A DNA stretch of 63,650 bases, counting the filler, from Octopus bimaculoides (lineage: Eukaryota), in the NCBI RefSeq assembly GCF_001194135.2. It is 8 parts of 8 records of this genome, joined end to end, with 100 filler letters (N's around TTAATTAATTAA, not from the genome) between each part and the next. Parts side by side here need not be neighbours in the genome. Positions count along the whole stretch, not along the records: positions 17,969 to 43,718 come from NC_068981.1; positions 43,819 to 53,750 come from NC_068982.1; positions 53,851 to 60,707 come from NW_026438880.1; 5 more parts are not named here. One strand, written 5' to 3'. Below, piece by piece: positions 41,070 through 55,330 of the stretch (position 1 is its first letter; each line of letters begins with the position of its first letter). The notes beneath the pieces were generated by a model. That model was given only the letters and a program-made list of their open reading frames with translations. It had not been told where the DNA came from and did not search any database. Made by a program: the position numbers and the translations under genes.

Positions 41070-41335
41070 ACCACGACCTGTTCACTGACAAAATTCTGTG
41101 CTGCACACTGCAGGAAACCAGTATTGCAGTGATGATGACATCATATCTGCTGTTCATGAATTTTTTATCCAACAGGGTGAAAGCTTCTTCAACAATGAGA
41201 TCCAAGCACTGCAACACCAATCAAAGAAGTGTGTAAACCACAAGGGGAGACACTGTTGAAAAATAAACCTTGTTTAGTTATATTCCATGAGAGTATCTTG
41301 GGCAGCTTATAAACTTTTCAGCTGGCCATCATATA
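41070..41335 (+). mobile_element. Mariner 3' fragment
   Basis: AGNQYCSDDDIISAVHEFFIQQGESFFNNEIQALQHQSKKCV..K* followed by a TIR-like end. Confidence 0.75.
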
Positions 41336-41584
41336 TTCAACAATATTTCTTGCAGTTATAAGAAAAATGAGTCATTGATAAACCAGTCCTAAATCTTAAT
41401 ATTTTAGCATCTGAAGTGAAGCCTGAAATACTCTGAATGTTTGTGATATGAGAAAGTAAGAGAGGTAAAACATAAATAAATAAAAGAGAAAATGAAGTAT
41501 ATATCCTGTAATGCTTAGTTAGGTTCTTGTTAAACAAACATGCTATGCAAAGTCAGATAAAATGTCTACACATAATAGGTAAGA

Positions 41585-42101
41585 AGCGTGCTTCCCAACT
41601 ACATGGTTCCAGGTTCAGTCCCGCTGTGTGGCACCTTGAGCAGATGTCTTTTACTAAAGTCTCAGGCTGTCCAAAACTTTGTGAGTGGATTTGGTAGACA
41701 GAAACTGAAAGAAGCTTGTGATATGTGGGTGTGTGTATATATATATATATATATNNNNNNNNNNNNNNNNNNNNNNNNNNNNNNNNNNNNNNNNNNNNNN
41801 NNNNNNNNNNNNNNNNNNNNNNNNNNNNNNNNNNNNNNNNNNNNNNNNNNNNNNNNNNNNNNNNNNNNNNNNNNNNNNNNNNNNNNNNNNNNNNNNNNNN
41901 NNNNNNNNNNNNNNNNNNNNNNNNNNNNNNNNNNNNNNNNNNNNNNNNNNNNNNNNNNNNNNNNNNNNNNNNNNNNNNNNNNNNNNNNNNNNNNNNNNNN
42001 NNNNNNNNNNNNNNNNNNNNNNNNNNNNNNNNNNNNNNNNNNNNNNNNNNNNNNNNNNNNNNNNNNNNNNNNNNNNNNNNNNNNNNNNNNNNNNNNNNNN
42101 N

Positions 42102-42137
<36 letters not shown>

Positions 42138-42370
42138 GTATATATGTGTGTGTCTGTGTGTTTACCCCCTCCCCTTCCATTGCTTGACAATCGATGTTGA
42201 TATGTTTACATCCCTGTAAATTAGCAGTTTAGCAAAAGAGACTAGTAGAATAGGTACTAGGCTTACAAAAAGTAAGTTCTGAGGTCAATTTCTTTAACTA
42301 AAGACCCCTTAAGTGGGTGCTCCAGTATGGCTGCAGTGAAATATCTGAAAAAAGTTAAAGAATAAAAGAG
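41585..42370 (+). mobile_element. SINE family A, CpG-decayed copy with a gap in its central microsatellite
   Basis: Head at 41585-41715 and tail at 42150-42370 match family A. Confidence 0.88.
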
Positions 42371-42453
42371 TGAAAGAATATTTTGAACTCTTTTTTAACT
42401 TTACAGCATTTCATATGTTCAGTTTCATATTTTTCTTTTGCATTTTCTCCTAG

Positions 42454-42527
42454 GATGTGGATACCATATATCTTACACATGATACTAAAGAGCTGAGGTT
42501 AAAGGATTTTGATCACTTAGAAAACAG
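42454..42527 (+). CDS. CARMIL: CARMIL-family exon, [24 protein letters not shown](R)
   Basis: ttttctcctag acceptor and AG|gtaaat donor; 74 nt, phase 0-2. Matches human [25 protein letters not shown]. Confidence 0.96.
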
Positions 42528-42849
42528 GTAAATTTTATATGTTTGTATGTCTGGAATGGTAAAAAGGATATTGTATAGTGCTACCAGCTCTTGGTTTCTT
42601 AGTTAAGAAATTTTATTGTATGTGACTTGAAAGTTACCTGTGATAGACAATTAATTTATTATTCACTCTAGATCATCATCATCATTTAAAATTTGTTTTC
42701 TATGCCAGTATGGTGTGGATGGTTTCAAAAGAACTGGCAAGTTAGAAGACTGCACCGAGTTGTGTTATCTGCTTTGACATTGTTTCTTTTGCTGGATACC
42801 CTTCCTAATGCCAACCACTTTACAGAGTTTTGTTAAGGTTATTTCTACA

Positions 42850-43428
42850 GAATCTACAATCAGTACTGACCTTTTGCTGCAACGTCTCATATCAAGACAC
42901 ACAGGTCCTGAGGACAACTGATATCTTGAGTATTGAGGCAATGGTGCACAAGCACCGGTTACGTTGGACTGGACACCTTATTAGAATGACAGATAGCAGG
43001 ATTCCTAAGCAAATGCTCTATGGAGAACTTGTGAATGGAAGGAGATTCCAGCAGAAACCAAGGCTGTGATTTAAGGACTGTGTCAAGTCCTCATTAAAGG
43101 CCTGTGATATGCAGGACACTAACTGGGAGAACAATGCCTGTCATCGCCACAGATGGAGGAAGCAGTTTAAGGAGGAGATCAACACTTTTGAGAGAGCACG
43201 TATCCAGTATGAAGAACTTAAACGAGCAGCGCGATAGCACATGGCTCGTATAGTGAATGGGGAAAGCTTGCTCTGCAATGTTTGCAGTCGTGTATGTTTG
43301 TCAAGAGCAGGGCTCATTAGCCATCAACAGAGCCGTAAATACAAAATATAAGTTAGTCCTAGAGCACACAATGTTCCTGAAGGTCGACAATGGTCTTCCT
43401 CGGTCACGATTGGACGGCCATCATCATC
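42850..43428 (+). mobile_element. RTE (BovB-like) LINE 3' fragment
   Basis: LRWTGHLIRMTDSRIPKQMLYGEL..GRR...PRL*FKDCVK; terminal CNVCSRVCLSRAGLISH; (CAT)n tail. Confidence 0.88.
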
Positions 43429-43456
43429 ATATATGTATATATATGTATGTATGCAC

Positions 43457-43496
<40 letters not shown>

Positions 43497-44005
43497 ATGT
43501 ATATATATATGTGTATGTCGTCGTCGTCGTCGTTTAACGTCCGCTTTCCATGCTAGCATGGGTTGGACGATTTGACTGAGGACTGGTGAAACCAGATGGC
43601 TACACCAGGCTCCAATCTGATTTGGCAGAGTTTCTACAGCCGGATGCCCTTCCTAACGCCAACCACTCAGAGAGTGTAGTGGGTGCTTTTACGTGTCACC
43701 CGCACGAAGGCCAGTCAGNNNNNNNNNNNNNNNNNNNNNNNNNNNNNNNNNNNNNNNNNNNNTTAATTAATTAANNNNNNNNNNNNNNNNNNNNNNNNNN
43801 NNNNNNNNNNNNNNNNNNGATGGTAGTAGTAGTAGCAGTGGTAGTAGTGGTGATGGTAGTAGTAGTAGTAGTAGTAGTAGTTGTAGTAGTAGCAGTGGTA
43901 GTAGTAGTAGTAGTAGTTGTAGTAGTAGCAGTGGTAGTAGTAGTAGTACTAGCAGCAGTAGTAGCAGTGGTAGTAGTGGTGATGGTAGTAGTAGTAGTGG
44001 TGATG

Positions 44006-44051
<46 letters not shown>

Positions 44052-44261
44052 CAGTAGTAGTAGTAGTAGTAGCAGCAGTAGTAGCAGTGGTAGTAGTGGT
44101 GATGGTAGTAGTAGTAGTAGTAGTAGTAATAGTAGTGGTAGTTAGGGTTTGAACTTGAAATTAAGGGAAAAGGTGCATAGAACAGTTACATATACACACA
44201 TACGCTTACATCCACGCACAAACACATTCGCACACATGTGCACACAGACGCACAGATATAA

Positions 44262-44603
44262 TCTATATACATAAAAATGAGAATGTGTGTCTGTCTGTCT
44301 GTCTGTATGTGTGAATCCCTAAAACTCGAGAACTACGCAACCAATTTCATTCAAATTTTACACATGCCTTACTTAGGGTTCCAGTTGTGTTTTAGTCAAA
44401 AAAAATTATTAACTTTTTGCAGAATTCGAGCACACGGCAACATAATATCTCCTCCACTATTTAAGTATTACGTGTCAAAAGTGAAACAAAAACACTCATG
44501 TCAAATACTTTCACTTTAAAAATGAAACTATTCCACTAACTGAAACAATCACATTTCGATACTGTAGTGACAGATACTTTCACAGAGAGAGAAAGAGAGA
44601 AAG

Positions 44604-44634
<31 letters not shown>

Positions 44635-45555
44635 TGTATATGTATACNNNNNNNNNNNNNNNNNNNNNNNNNNNNNNNNNNNNNNNNNNNNNNNNNNNNN
44701 NNNNNNNNNNNNNNNNNNNNNNNNNNNNNNNNNNNNNNNNNNNNNNNNNNNNNNNNNNNNNNNNNNNNNNNNNNNNNNNNNNNNNNNNNNNNNNNNNNNN
44801 NNNNNNNNNNNNNNNNNNNNNNNNNNNNNNNNNNNNNNNNNNNNNNNNNNNNNNNNNNNNNNNNNNNNNNNNNNNNNNNNNNNNNNNNNNNNNNNNNNNN
44901 NNNNNNNNNNNNNNNNNNNNNNNNNNNNNNNNNNNNNNNNNNNNNNNNNNNNNNNNNNNNNNNNNNNNNNNNNNNNNNNNNNNNNNNNNNNNNNNNNNNN
45001 NNNNNNNNNNNNNNNNNNNNNNNNNNNNNNNNNNNNNNNNNNNNNNNNNNNNNNNNNNNNNNNNNNNNNNNNNNNNNNNNNNNNNNNNNNNNNNNNNNNN
45101 NNNNNNNNNNNNNNNNNNNNNNNNNNNNNNNNNNNNNNNNNNNNNNNNNNNNNNNNNNNNNNNNNNNNNNNNNNNNNNNNNNNNNNNNNNNNNNNNNNNN
45201 NTACACATGCACACAAACACACACATTAGTCATTTGTTTTCTTATCCAAAACTACGTCAAAAGTACTCAATGGATCTTTATGAAATTTGGAAATTATATT
45301 CTTTGCATAACGGCCATAACTCCCATGAAAATTCATATATTTTTGATGTTGATGAAATTTTAACCCGAACATAACAGATGAGCATTATTTAGAAAATGAT
45401 GTCACACGTTATCGAGGCTACCATTCTTTCTGGATGTGCAAAAGGGGATGACGTCTTTATTCCAAGAATTCCTCTTACTCCATCAGGAGCAGACATTCCT
45501 TTTACTAGATTTCATTATTCTCTTTAACCCGGGAAACGCCGGGTATTTCTGCTAG
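44262..45555 (+). mobile_element. Non-autonomous Helitron
   Basis: A|TC start at 44262. Helicase C-terminal remnant HVIEATILSGCAKGDDVFIPRIPLTPSGADIPF. 3' GC hairpin cccgggaaacgccggg followed by CTAG|T at 45552-45556. Confidence 0.88.
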
Positions 45556-46339
45556 TAATAAATAAAATTATTTGTAGGATTCATTATTTTAATAATTAGG
45601 ACACCAAGATAGGGTCGAGATTAGATCATCCGACAACCCGGACACTCATGCATATATGACCCAACGTAGGGAAGGTTCTAGGTGTAGTGTTTACACAAAG
45701 AACACAAATGTGTTAAGCTTCACTACAGCTGTTTCATTTTCATTTGATGATAAACATATTTTGCAAGTAAGAATGTTTCGTAATTCTTTGACTGAGTGTG
45801 AGAGAATTGTGTGTATGTGTGTATGTGTGTATGTGTGTATGTGTGTATATGTGCGTGTGCGTATGTGTGTGTAAGTGTGTGTGTGCGCAAATGTGTGTGA
45901 GTATGTGTGTATGTGTGTGTGTGCATTTGTGTGTGTACGCGTGAGTCTGTGTGCTTGTGTGTAAATAGAATGATTTAAGATACCCGTCTACATAGATAAC
46001 TAGCTAGCTGAATACATAAAATAGATAGATTAGATCGATTAGATTAGATTAGAATAGATAAGATTGAATGAATGGATGGATGGATGGATAGATGATGGAA
46101 AGAGGATGGGTGGATACATGGATAGATGGATGGATGCTTGCATGCATGAATGGATGGATAGAGATAGAGATAAGGATAGCGATAGAGAAAGAGATGGATG
46201 GATGGATGGGTTGATAAATGGGTAGATAGACGGGTAGAGAGTAGATAGATTGATAAATTAGATGGAAAGAGATAAGGATAGCGATAGAAATAGAGATAGA
46301 TAGAGATAAGGATAGCGATAGAGATACAGATAGATATAG

Positions 46340-46393
<54 letters not shown>

Positions 46394-47070
46394 NNNNNNN
46401 NNNNNNNNNNNNNNNNNNNNNNNNNNNNNNNNNNNNNNNNNNNNNNNNNNNNNNNNNNNNNNNNNNNNNNNNNNNNNNNNNNNNNNNNNNNNNNNNNNNN
46501 NNNNNNNNNNNNNNNNNNNNNNNNNNNNNNNNNNNNNNNNNNNNNNNNNNNNNNNNNNNNNNNNNNNNNNNNNNNNNNNNNNNNNNNNNNNNNNNNNNNN
46601 NNNNNNNNNNNNNNNNNNNNNNNNNNNNNNNNNNNNNNNNNNNNNNNNNNNNNNNNNNNNNNNNNNNNNNNNNNNNNNNNNNNNNNNNNNNNNNNNNNNN
46701 NNNNNNNNNNNNNNNNNNATATATATATATATACATATGTATATAAGTGCTCTTCTTGGGTGGCCGACATCAAAAGTTTTGCTATTGCGTGTTTCGTAAC
46801 GCAAGTCTTAAAACATCTAATTATGAGAACTGGGAATTTGTCTCATTGAAAATGATACAAATATAAAAACTGTTTTTAATTAATATATCCAGTGCCCACA
46901 TTATTAGCTCTAGATTTGCGTCTTACTATCTACATATTCCTTTTGACATGTAATTGTTGTTGTTGTTGTTGTTGTTGTTAAACTCGGTGACATGGTAGAA
47001 TCGTTTGCAAAGTTGAGCAAAGTGATTTGCGGCTTTTCGTCTGTTGTTGTTGCTGTTGTTGTTGTTGTTG

Positions 47071-47130
<60 letters not shown>

Positions 47131-48391
47131 TCTCGGCGAGATGGCAGAATCGTTTGCGACGTTGAGCAACATAATTTGCGGCTTTTCGTCCGTCTTAACA
47201 TTCCGATTTAAAATCCGCCGAGGTCGACTTTGCCTTTCATCCTTTTGGGGTTGATAAATTAAGTACCAATGACACTGAGGTGGATGCAATTGACTATACC
47301 CCTCCCCCAAATTTCAGACCTTGTGCCTATTATAGAAAGGATTTTCATTAAAGTGTCAGTGGGGTACAAGTATACGAAGGCCAGTATACCCATCATGACT
47401 ACACGTCTGATAAGGGTACATGCATCACAACCATATATGCGCGACATAGTGATCTTATATCAAGATATAAAGCGCATGACCCCTTTCAGGGTTGATAAAT
47501 TAAGTACCAGTGAAACACATGAGGTCAATGTAATTGACTTGTCCCTTCCCCCAATATTTCAAGCCTTGTATCCACAGTAGAAAGGACTATTATTATTATT
47601 AGTAATATGTTTAACTTTTGCCTTGAATTTGTATAAGTTGACAAGTCTCACCCAGAGGCCTCAAGAGACAACAAGTTAGAAGTTCAAGTTTGTGTTATGC
47701 CTAGGGTGTCATATATTTGGTTTTGCACATAGTTTTGTTCTAGAGAATGTTTAAGAAAACATAAGAAAATTATAAGCTTGTTTAAAAATTTGAGAAAATG
47801 AGAAACCAAAAAAAAAAGTGATACTAATAATAAAGAACGTTTATGGTTAACTGCTTTGAAACCTACCACTTGTCCATGTAGATTATTAATTTACATATCT
47901 CCTCATAATAATCATTGCTACACTTGGTTATGTTATTAACTTGTTTAAGCCATGGTCTAAAAACGTTACTTTTACAGGCAAAGAAAAGGATCAGCTTAAT
48001 GTGTTTTTCTGCAAATTTAATCTGCGAATAGAACGTTTGAAAATATGCAAAGTTTTTCTGAAATGCAATTTGTTGTAATTCTATATCCTATGTTAAATCT
48101 AATGAGAGACCAGTATCCCTCTGTTAGAAGCCTGCCCCCTGTCTTATAGAGAAAATTCAAAGAATTAACACAATCGCGTACTCACACATACATACATACA
48201 TACATACATACATACACACATACATACATATATATTTCTCCACATACACACAGGTTTGTTTGAACAAAAAAGATAAATCGAATTCAGTGCATGAAGATGT
48301 TTTTATTATTTTTAATCAGATAATTCAAGGTAATTAACAAAGCGGAATGCACGAAACTCTCGGTCCTTGAGCCACTTTATAACTTCTACCG

Positions 48392-48486
<95 letters not shown>

Positions 48487-48488
<2 letters not shown>

Positions 48489-48845
48489 GGCGCAGGTGCG
48501 GCTGTGTGATAAGTAGCTTGCTTACCAGCCACATGGTTCCGAGTTCATTCCCACTGCGTGGCACCTTGGGCAAGTGTCTCGGGCCGACCAAAACCTTCTG
48601 AGTGGATTTGGTAGACGGAAACTGAAAGAAGCCTGTCGTATATATGTATATATGCATGTGTGTGTATATGTTTGTGTGTCTGTGTTTGTCCCCCCAACAT
48701 CACTTGACAACCGATGCTGGTGTTTTTACGTCCCCGTAAAATAAGTACTAAGCTTCCAAAGAATAAGTCCTGGGGTCGATTTGCTCGACTAAAGGCGGTG
48801 CTCCAGCATGGCCGCAGTCAAATGACTGAAACAAATAAAAGACGA
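48487..48845 (+). mobile_element. SINE family A, near full length, preceded by (TAA)n
   Basis: Complete head-to-tail copy, used as the reference for the family. Confidence 0.92.
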
Positions 48846-49479
48846 GCTCTGATGCAGTACCAGTAAGTGGCTCTCGTGGCTTTTGATGTTAACTGATTGG
48901 AAGTGTTATTATGTACATGTTTTATCTTGGTATAAAAGATGGACTACAACAAATATTCTGCTCAATACCACAGATTTGCTTGTCAGTTGCTTGACCTTTA
49001 CTAGTTGAGCATGTCCCTTAGTGACGGTGATATGGGCATCTCTGATCACGATCAGTAGTGGGGGAGCATCATAGCCATATGTTGATAGGAATTCTTGGGG
49101 TTTTGAATAATTCATCCCTGGAAACATGGGTGTTTAGTTCTTTTTTCAAGCACCTTTTGAGCAGGATGGGCTAGTCGATGTGAATAAAATTCTAACTGAG
49201 CCCCACCTGCAAGGTCATGCACTGTTCATTTTGATATAAGGTCACCATGTCGCGAGCCTATGGTTGTGATGTATGTGCCTGATGTACCGTTATCAGATGG
49301 GTAGTGATGATGGGCATATTGGGCTTCGTATACTTGTACCCCAGTGTCATTTTGATGGCATGCATTGCTCTCTCACCCAATAATAATAACAATGTATACG
49401 GTGAGTTTCTTTGTCCTAAGTGTCGGGAAGAAATGCAAACAAAATTGAAAGAAAAAATAAAATAATAATAATGATAATA

Positions 49480-50619
49480 ACAACTAGGATTTTATTCTAT
49501 CCGCTCAAAATTGACTGGAGGGAATAAAATTGAACCACTAATATACGTGGGCAATAGCATCATTTCGGTATGGAGCAAAAGAGAGAGATGAAGAAAATGA
49601 ATACCAAGACCAGAAAAATGTTGACAGTATACGGAGATTTCCACTCTAAGAGTGACACCGATAGACTGTGGGGAGGTTTAATCAGTTGCCAGCACTGTAT
49701 CGGAGCAGAGGAAAACAGCCTAGAGTGGTATATAAAAAATGCCGTCGAGACACACGAAGAAGGCTGGTGTCATCGACTAAGAAATCAACAAAAAACATTG
49801 AAGGAAAAGAAAAGGTACGGTCGGTTTGCAAGAGATGCGAACGCCAAGACAGATACAGAGGACCGGTGGCTATGGATGAGGAGGAGTGATCTAAGGATAA
49901 ACACAGAAGAACTCATATGCGCAGCTCAGGAACAGGCGTTAAGGAACAACTTTATGAAGTGCAGAACAGACAACACTACTGACAACGACAAATGCAGAAT
50001 GTGTGTTGAGAGGGGTGAAACGGTATGGAACATCGTTTGCGAATGCCCGAAATTGGCATAACGCGAATATGTGGCAAGAAAGATCCATTGAGAGCTCTGT
50101 GGAAGTCAGGGCCTACAAAGAGCAAAGACATGGTATGAGAAAATTCCAGGAGTCATCGAAAATGATAATTGCAAAGTTCTGTGGGATGCAATCATCCAGT
50201 GCGATCACCCGACCAGACATCAGAAACCGGACAGTGTTGTGTTGAATAATTGAGGAAGAACATGTATGATAATCGATATAGTGTGCCCCGGTGACAAAAT
50301 GAATGTGAAAGAAGAAGAAAAAACTATGACGATTTGAAATGGGAAATACGAAGATTGTTGTCAATGAAGAGAGTAGACGTGATACCAATAGCAGCATCTG
50401 GTGCATTTGAAAGTATCAGTACTCAACTACCAACATGGCTGAAAAAGATTGGTGCAAATATGAAGGTAGAACACGTACAAAAGTCAGCATTGCTTGGAAC
50501 TACAAGAATTCTTAGCAGAGTTCTTGAAGCATGACCAGTAAATAAGTGTCACCTTAGTCCACTGGCTGTGGACAGCTGACGCATTTCATCATACCCAGCA
50601 ACATAAGCTGTGAGTTTTC

Positions 50620-50620
<1 letters not shown>
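49480..50620 (+). mobile_element. 5'-truncated R4/Dong-clade LINE with intact 3' end, between TAA repeats
   Basis: SDTDRL, WLWMRRSDL..TEELICAAQEQAL, CCHC knuckle CRMC..GETVWNIVCECPKLA, RLE PD..IIDIVCPGD, VQKSALLGTTRILSRVL*; short 3'UTR then (TAA)n. Confidence 0.92.
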
Positions 50621-50708
<88 letters not shown>

Positions 50709-52299
50709 TAATAAATGCTCTGATGCAGAACCAGACACAGGCATTTTGTATAATGCAAGTGTTAACAATGAAGTCATGATACGTAGGTAATCGTTTTATT
50801 TTGTATATTTTCACTTGTCCTGCTCACTTTTGTACTCTGGCGTTTTTGCTGAGATTTTTCTTGAGAACACACTCTTCGTGGTAAGGCGTTTTGACGTCTA
50901 TCTTTAGCATATTAGTAATCCACTTTAGTGGTCATTCCTCTTATTTATTGTAATATATTTTTTTAAATCTTCGGATTTTTTTTTTAAATATGCTAGACCA
51001 CTGGTTTAAATTGATGTTAATTGATTGATATCAATTTCTACCCTCATTACTTAATTTATGTACATANNNNNNNNNNNNNNNNNNNNNNNNNNNNNNNNNN
51101 NNNNNNNNNNNNNNNNNNNNNNNNNNNNNNNNNNNNNNNNNNNNNNNNNNNNNNNNNNNNNNNNNNNNNNNNNNNNNNNNNNNNNNNNNNNNNNNNNNNN
51201 NNNNNNNNNNNNNNNNNNNNNNNNNTATATATATATATATGTGTATGTGTGTGTTCACACATACATTCAAACATACACATGTGTATATACAATATATCTA
51301 TATAATGCTATGTCATTCTGTTTTCGCTAATATAATGTATCTCGGACTAAATGACGAGGCACTTTAAGCTTCAATTAAATTTGAATCTAAATTTAATTTT
51401 AGTATATATGTCATCTTGTACCCATTCTATATGCTGGAATGTAATTTGAAGAAAAGAGGTTTGATAGGATCTTTTGCCACGTCATGATGATACAAATGCT
51501 GTAGAGAACGTTTTCAAAATTTGGTCGTTTATCTTTGCTGTTAATTTTTTCAGCAAAAAACCAACGTGTGTATCCTATTCAATTTTTACATTCATACGTA
51601 TGAAACCAGATAACACTTACCCAGAACTCAAAGCTCTGAGCAAGAATCAAACCACACACACACACATTAAAGATAACAATATGTACATTAACACTTCAAG
51701 CCATGCCACACATGTTTCCATAGCAAGGTATATTTACTGATTACATATATAGTACATCATTCCCGTTATGTCTGTAGGGCATGTATATGATTGTATATAG
51801 AAAATTAATATAGATAGCAGTGTGAAAAGTCTCACCAAAAAGGATAACTATAATTGTCACTGAAAGTGACTAGGGTGTTAGAAACATCTACATTGCTAGA
51901 AATAAGAGTTAAAATGCTCTAATACTGTAGTCAAACCACAAAATTGTATACATTTATACTGACAGAGACTGTAATCATCCGAAAACTCAACTGCTGTCTT
52001 TATTTTCTGTACACAGCGATTCGCTAAATCATCCATAGATTTTTATGCTGAAAACTTATATATTCTTTTCAACTCTCGGCACAGGGCCCGAAATTCCGGG
52101 GGAGGGGGCCAGTCGATTAGATCAACTCCTATACGCAACTGGTACTTAATTTATTGACCCCGAAAGGATGAAAGGCAAAGTCGACCTCAGCGGAATTTGA
52201 ACTCAGAACGTAAAGACAGACGAAATACCGCTAAGCATTTCTTATTTCTGTATTGCCCACAAGGAGCTAAACATAGAGGGGACAAACAAGGACAGACAG

Positions 52300-52419
<120 letters not shown>

Positions 52420-53571
52420 CAGAATATAGATTTGGTACTAGTCTTTATTCAGTACGACGATCATTTCGACTCATCCTGCAACTGTCTGTTATGAATAGGA
52501 TTTTTCACATCTTATAGATAGTATTGCATCAAGAGGATATCCCGCTAGATATAGTGAGATGTCCTAGGCACGTTTTTCGTACCTACTGTATCTTGGTTAT
52601 GACCGACTACACAGTTGTCCATGGGTATATATAACTTACAGATTAAAGTGATAAAATATAGAGAATACAACCTATCAAAGTAAGATCAGATTTAGGTTAA
52701 TGGACGGTAGTGGGGGGCAGTCACAAACAGATATTGTATAAAAAAAACTTCTGACGGTTACATATATGAATAAGTATAGAACAATCAACAATACATATTG
52801 TATAAAAATTAAAAAAAGTGGAAGACGAACAAGTTTACTCGCAGGTTGCGTAGATAGACAGGCAATGATGACAATACGCATTATATTAAAAATAAAAGAG
52901 AAAAAGAAAATTGAATTGCAAGGGTTGTACATAGAATTGTTTTAAATGCATTCGACAATAATATCGACAGTAGAACTGTATTGATCATAAGTATGTATAC
53001 CTTGTATAGGTCGTCCAATGTTTACGTTATATTGTCTAGCAGTCACATTGGGTTAGTACATGGTGTAAGCTCTATGGTTGCATTGCATGATGTTGTCACT
53101 CATAAGGACCACCGTGATTTGTGGTCCTTATGTGCCACGGAATACCTGAAGTAGATCCAGCTGAAATAAATAGCCCAACCGTGGATGGCACCAGGTTGCC
53201 CAAACTATGAACGCTATCTACTCAACACACCATGAGTCAAAAAATTATTAAAGCATTATTCTCATCAAATTACAGTCCGACACGTATTTTCGCTGGATAA
53301 GTGTCCTAGTGTTCTTTGATGCAGCAGTTACCTATTATCTTTTATTTGTTTCAGGCAATCTGACTGCGACCATGCTTGGACACCGCCTCGAACAAAGCGA
53401 TCCCATGCCATTTTCAAAGCCTAGTACTTATTCTATCAGACTCTGTTCCTGAACCACTATGTTACATGGACGTAAACACACTAACACTTGTTACCAAGCA
53501 GTAGTGGAAGACAAACACAGACAAAAAGACACACACACATTGATCTATGCATACATGCATGTCTGTGTGTT

Positions 53572-53611
<40 letters not shown>

Positions 53612-53617
53612 CGTTTG

Positions 53618-53659
<42 letters not shown>

Positions 53660-54040
53660 CATTTCTTTTATTAGCCACACAGGGCTCAACGAAGATGGGA
53701 CAAATACAATGTAGAGCTTTTCTTTTTGGGAGGGGGGAAGGAAAGAAAAANNNNNNNNNNNNNNNNNNNNNNNNNNNNNNNNNNNNNNNNNNNNTTAATT
53801 AATTAANNNNNNNNNNNNNNNNNNNNNNNNNNNNNNNNNNNNNNNNNNNNTCCTACATAATCTAACAATGTTGTAATTATATCACTTACTTATCACTTAA
53901 ATGTCATGTTAATGGTGATATGAGGAGTAGAACATCACACTGACTAACATTACGGTACAACATAGATTGTATATAATCTGACTGAAGAACATCTGACGCT
54001 CATTGCAATGAAGCGTCTCACCGCAGTTGATATTATGGTA

Positions 54041-54418
54041 GATGACGGCGTGACGGGTACGGTTGGGAGGGAGAGCAGACCTACGGTCCACGGAACGTGC
54101 TCTGGCAAGGGCAGCGGTGATAGTGGTGAGGGGATAAACACCAAGGGTGAAGTGGCGAGCCATTAGTTGAGACTGTGTCTCAAAGTCACTGTTGTGACTG
54201 CAGAGCCTGCGTAGACGGAGGAATTGGGAATAGGGGATGGAGAGCTTGGTGGGTTTAGGGTGGGAGGAGGAGAATTTGAGGTATGAGTGTGAGTCTGTGT
54301 GATTGTAGTGGATGAAGGTGATGAGAGTGGAGTGTTGAATGCTGACTGAAATGTCGAGAAAGGCGACAAAGGTGTCGGAAATAGTGCTTGAGAAGAGGAG
54401 GGCAGGATGGAAAGATTT
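54041..54418 (-). mobile_element. Penelope-like (GIY-YIG) retroelement RT thumb fragment
   Basis: FLDISVSI..TDSHSYLKFSSSHP...SIPYSQFLRLRRLCS..SDF...YP. Confidence 0.85.
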
Positions 54419-54499
54419 GACATATACGTGTATATGATAATATATATGTATTATATACATACATACATGCAGTATGATCTAGCCTAGTCACCCGTATAG

Positions 54500-55330
54500 T
54501 TAATCAGGTTTTTCACAAGGAGCTCATACCCAAAGATTGGTGTAGCAGCATTATAGCCAACTGCTACGAAGGCAAAGGTGATGCTTGGGACAGAGGCATC
54601 AAACTGCTGGACCAGTTGATGAAAATCATGGAAAAGGTCATAGCTCAAATAATTAGGGAGAGAAATATTAGAGTAGATTAAATGCTGTTTGGATTTGTCC
54701 CAGCACTATATTCCTAGTTATGCAACTGCAGAAGAAATATCTAGCCAAAAAGAAACCCCTGTACCTGGCATTTGTTGACATGGAGAAAGCCCTTTGGCAG
54801 AGTTCCCCATTCTCTTATCTGGTTGTCAATGCGGAAGCTAGGGATAGATATATGTTTGGTGAGAGCTGTACAAGCGATGTACAGGGATGCTGTCAGTAAG
54901 GTGAGGATTAGCAACAGGTATTGCCAAGAATTCAGTGTACCTGTAGGGCTTCGCCAAAGATCAGTCCTCAACCCCCTATTGTTCATCATAGTCATGCAGG
55001 TATTAACGGAGGAATTTAAGACTGGATGCCCCTGGGAGCTCCTCTGTGCTGATGACCTTGTTCTTATAATCGATTCACTACCTCAACTGGAAAAGAAATC
55101 TCAACTGTGGAGGCAAGGTCTACATTCAAACAGCCTTTGAGTTAATCTAGCAAGAACCCAAGTCTTAGTAAGTAGGAAAGTAGACACATCATAAATCCTT
55201 TCAGGTAGATTGCCCTGCTCGATTTGTAGGAAAGATGTTGGTATAAACTCCATAAGAGGTACCCAGTGCAAGCTATAGACACATAAGATGTGCAGCAATA
55301 TCAGAGGAAGGTAAAGTGACAAAATAGTGC
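54500..55330 (+). mobile_element. RTE/RTE-X LINE RT fragment
   Basis: AFVDMEKA..RVP, VGLRQRSVLNPLLFIIVM, GCPWELLCADDLVL. Confidence 0.9.
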
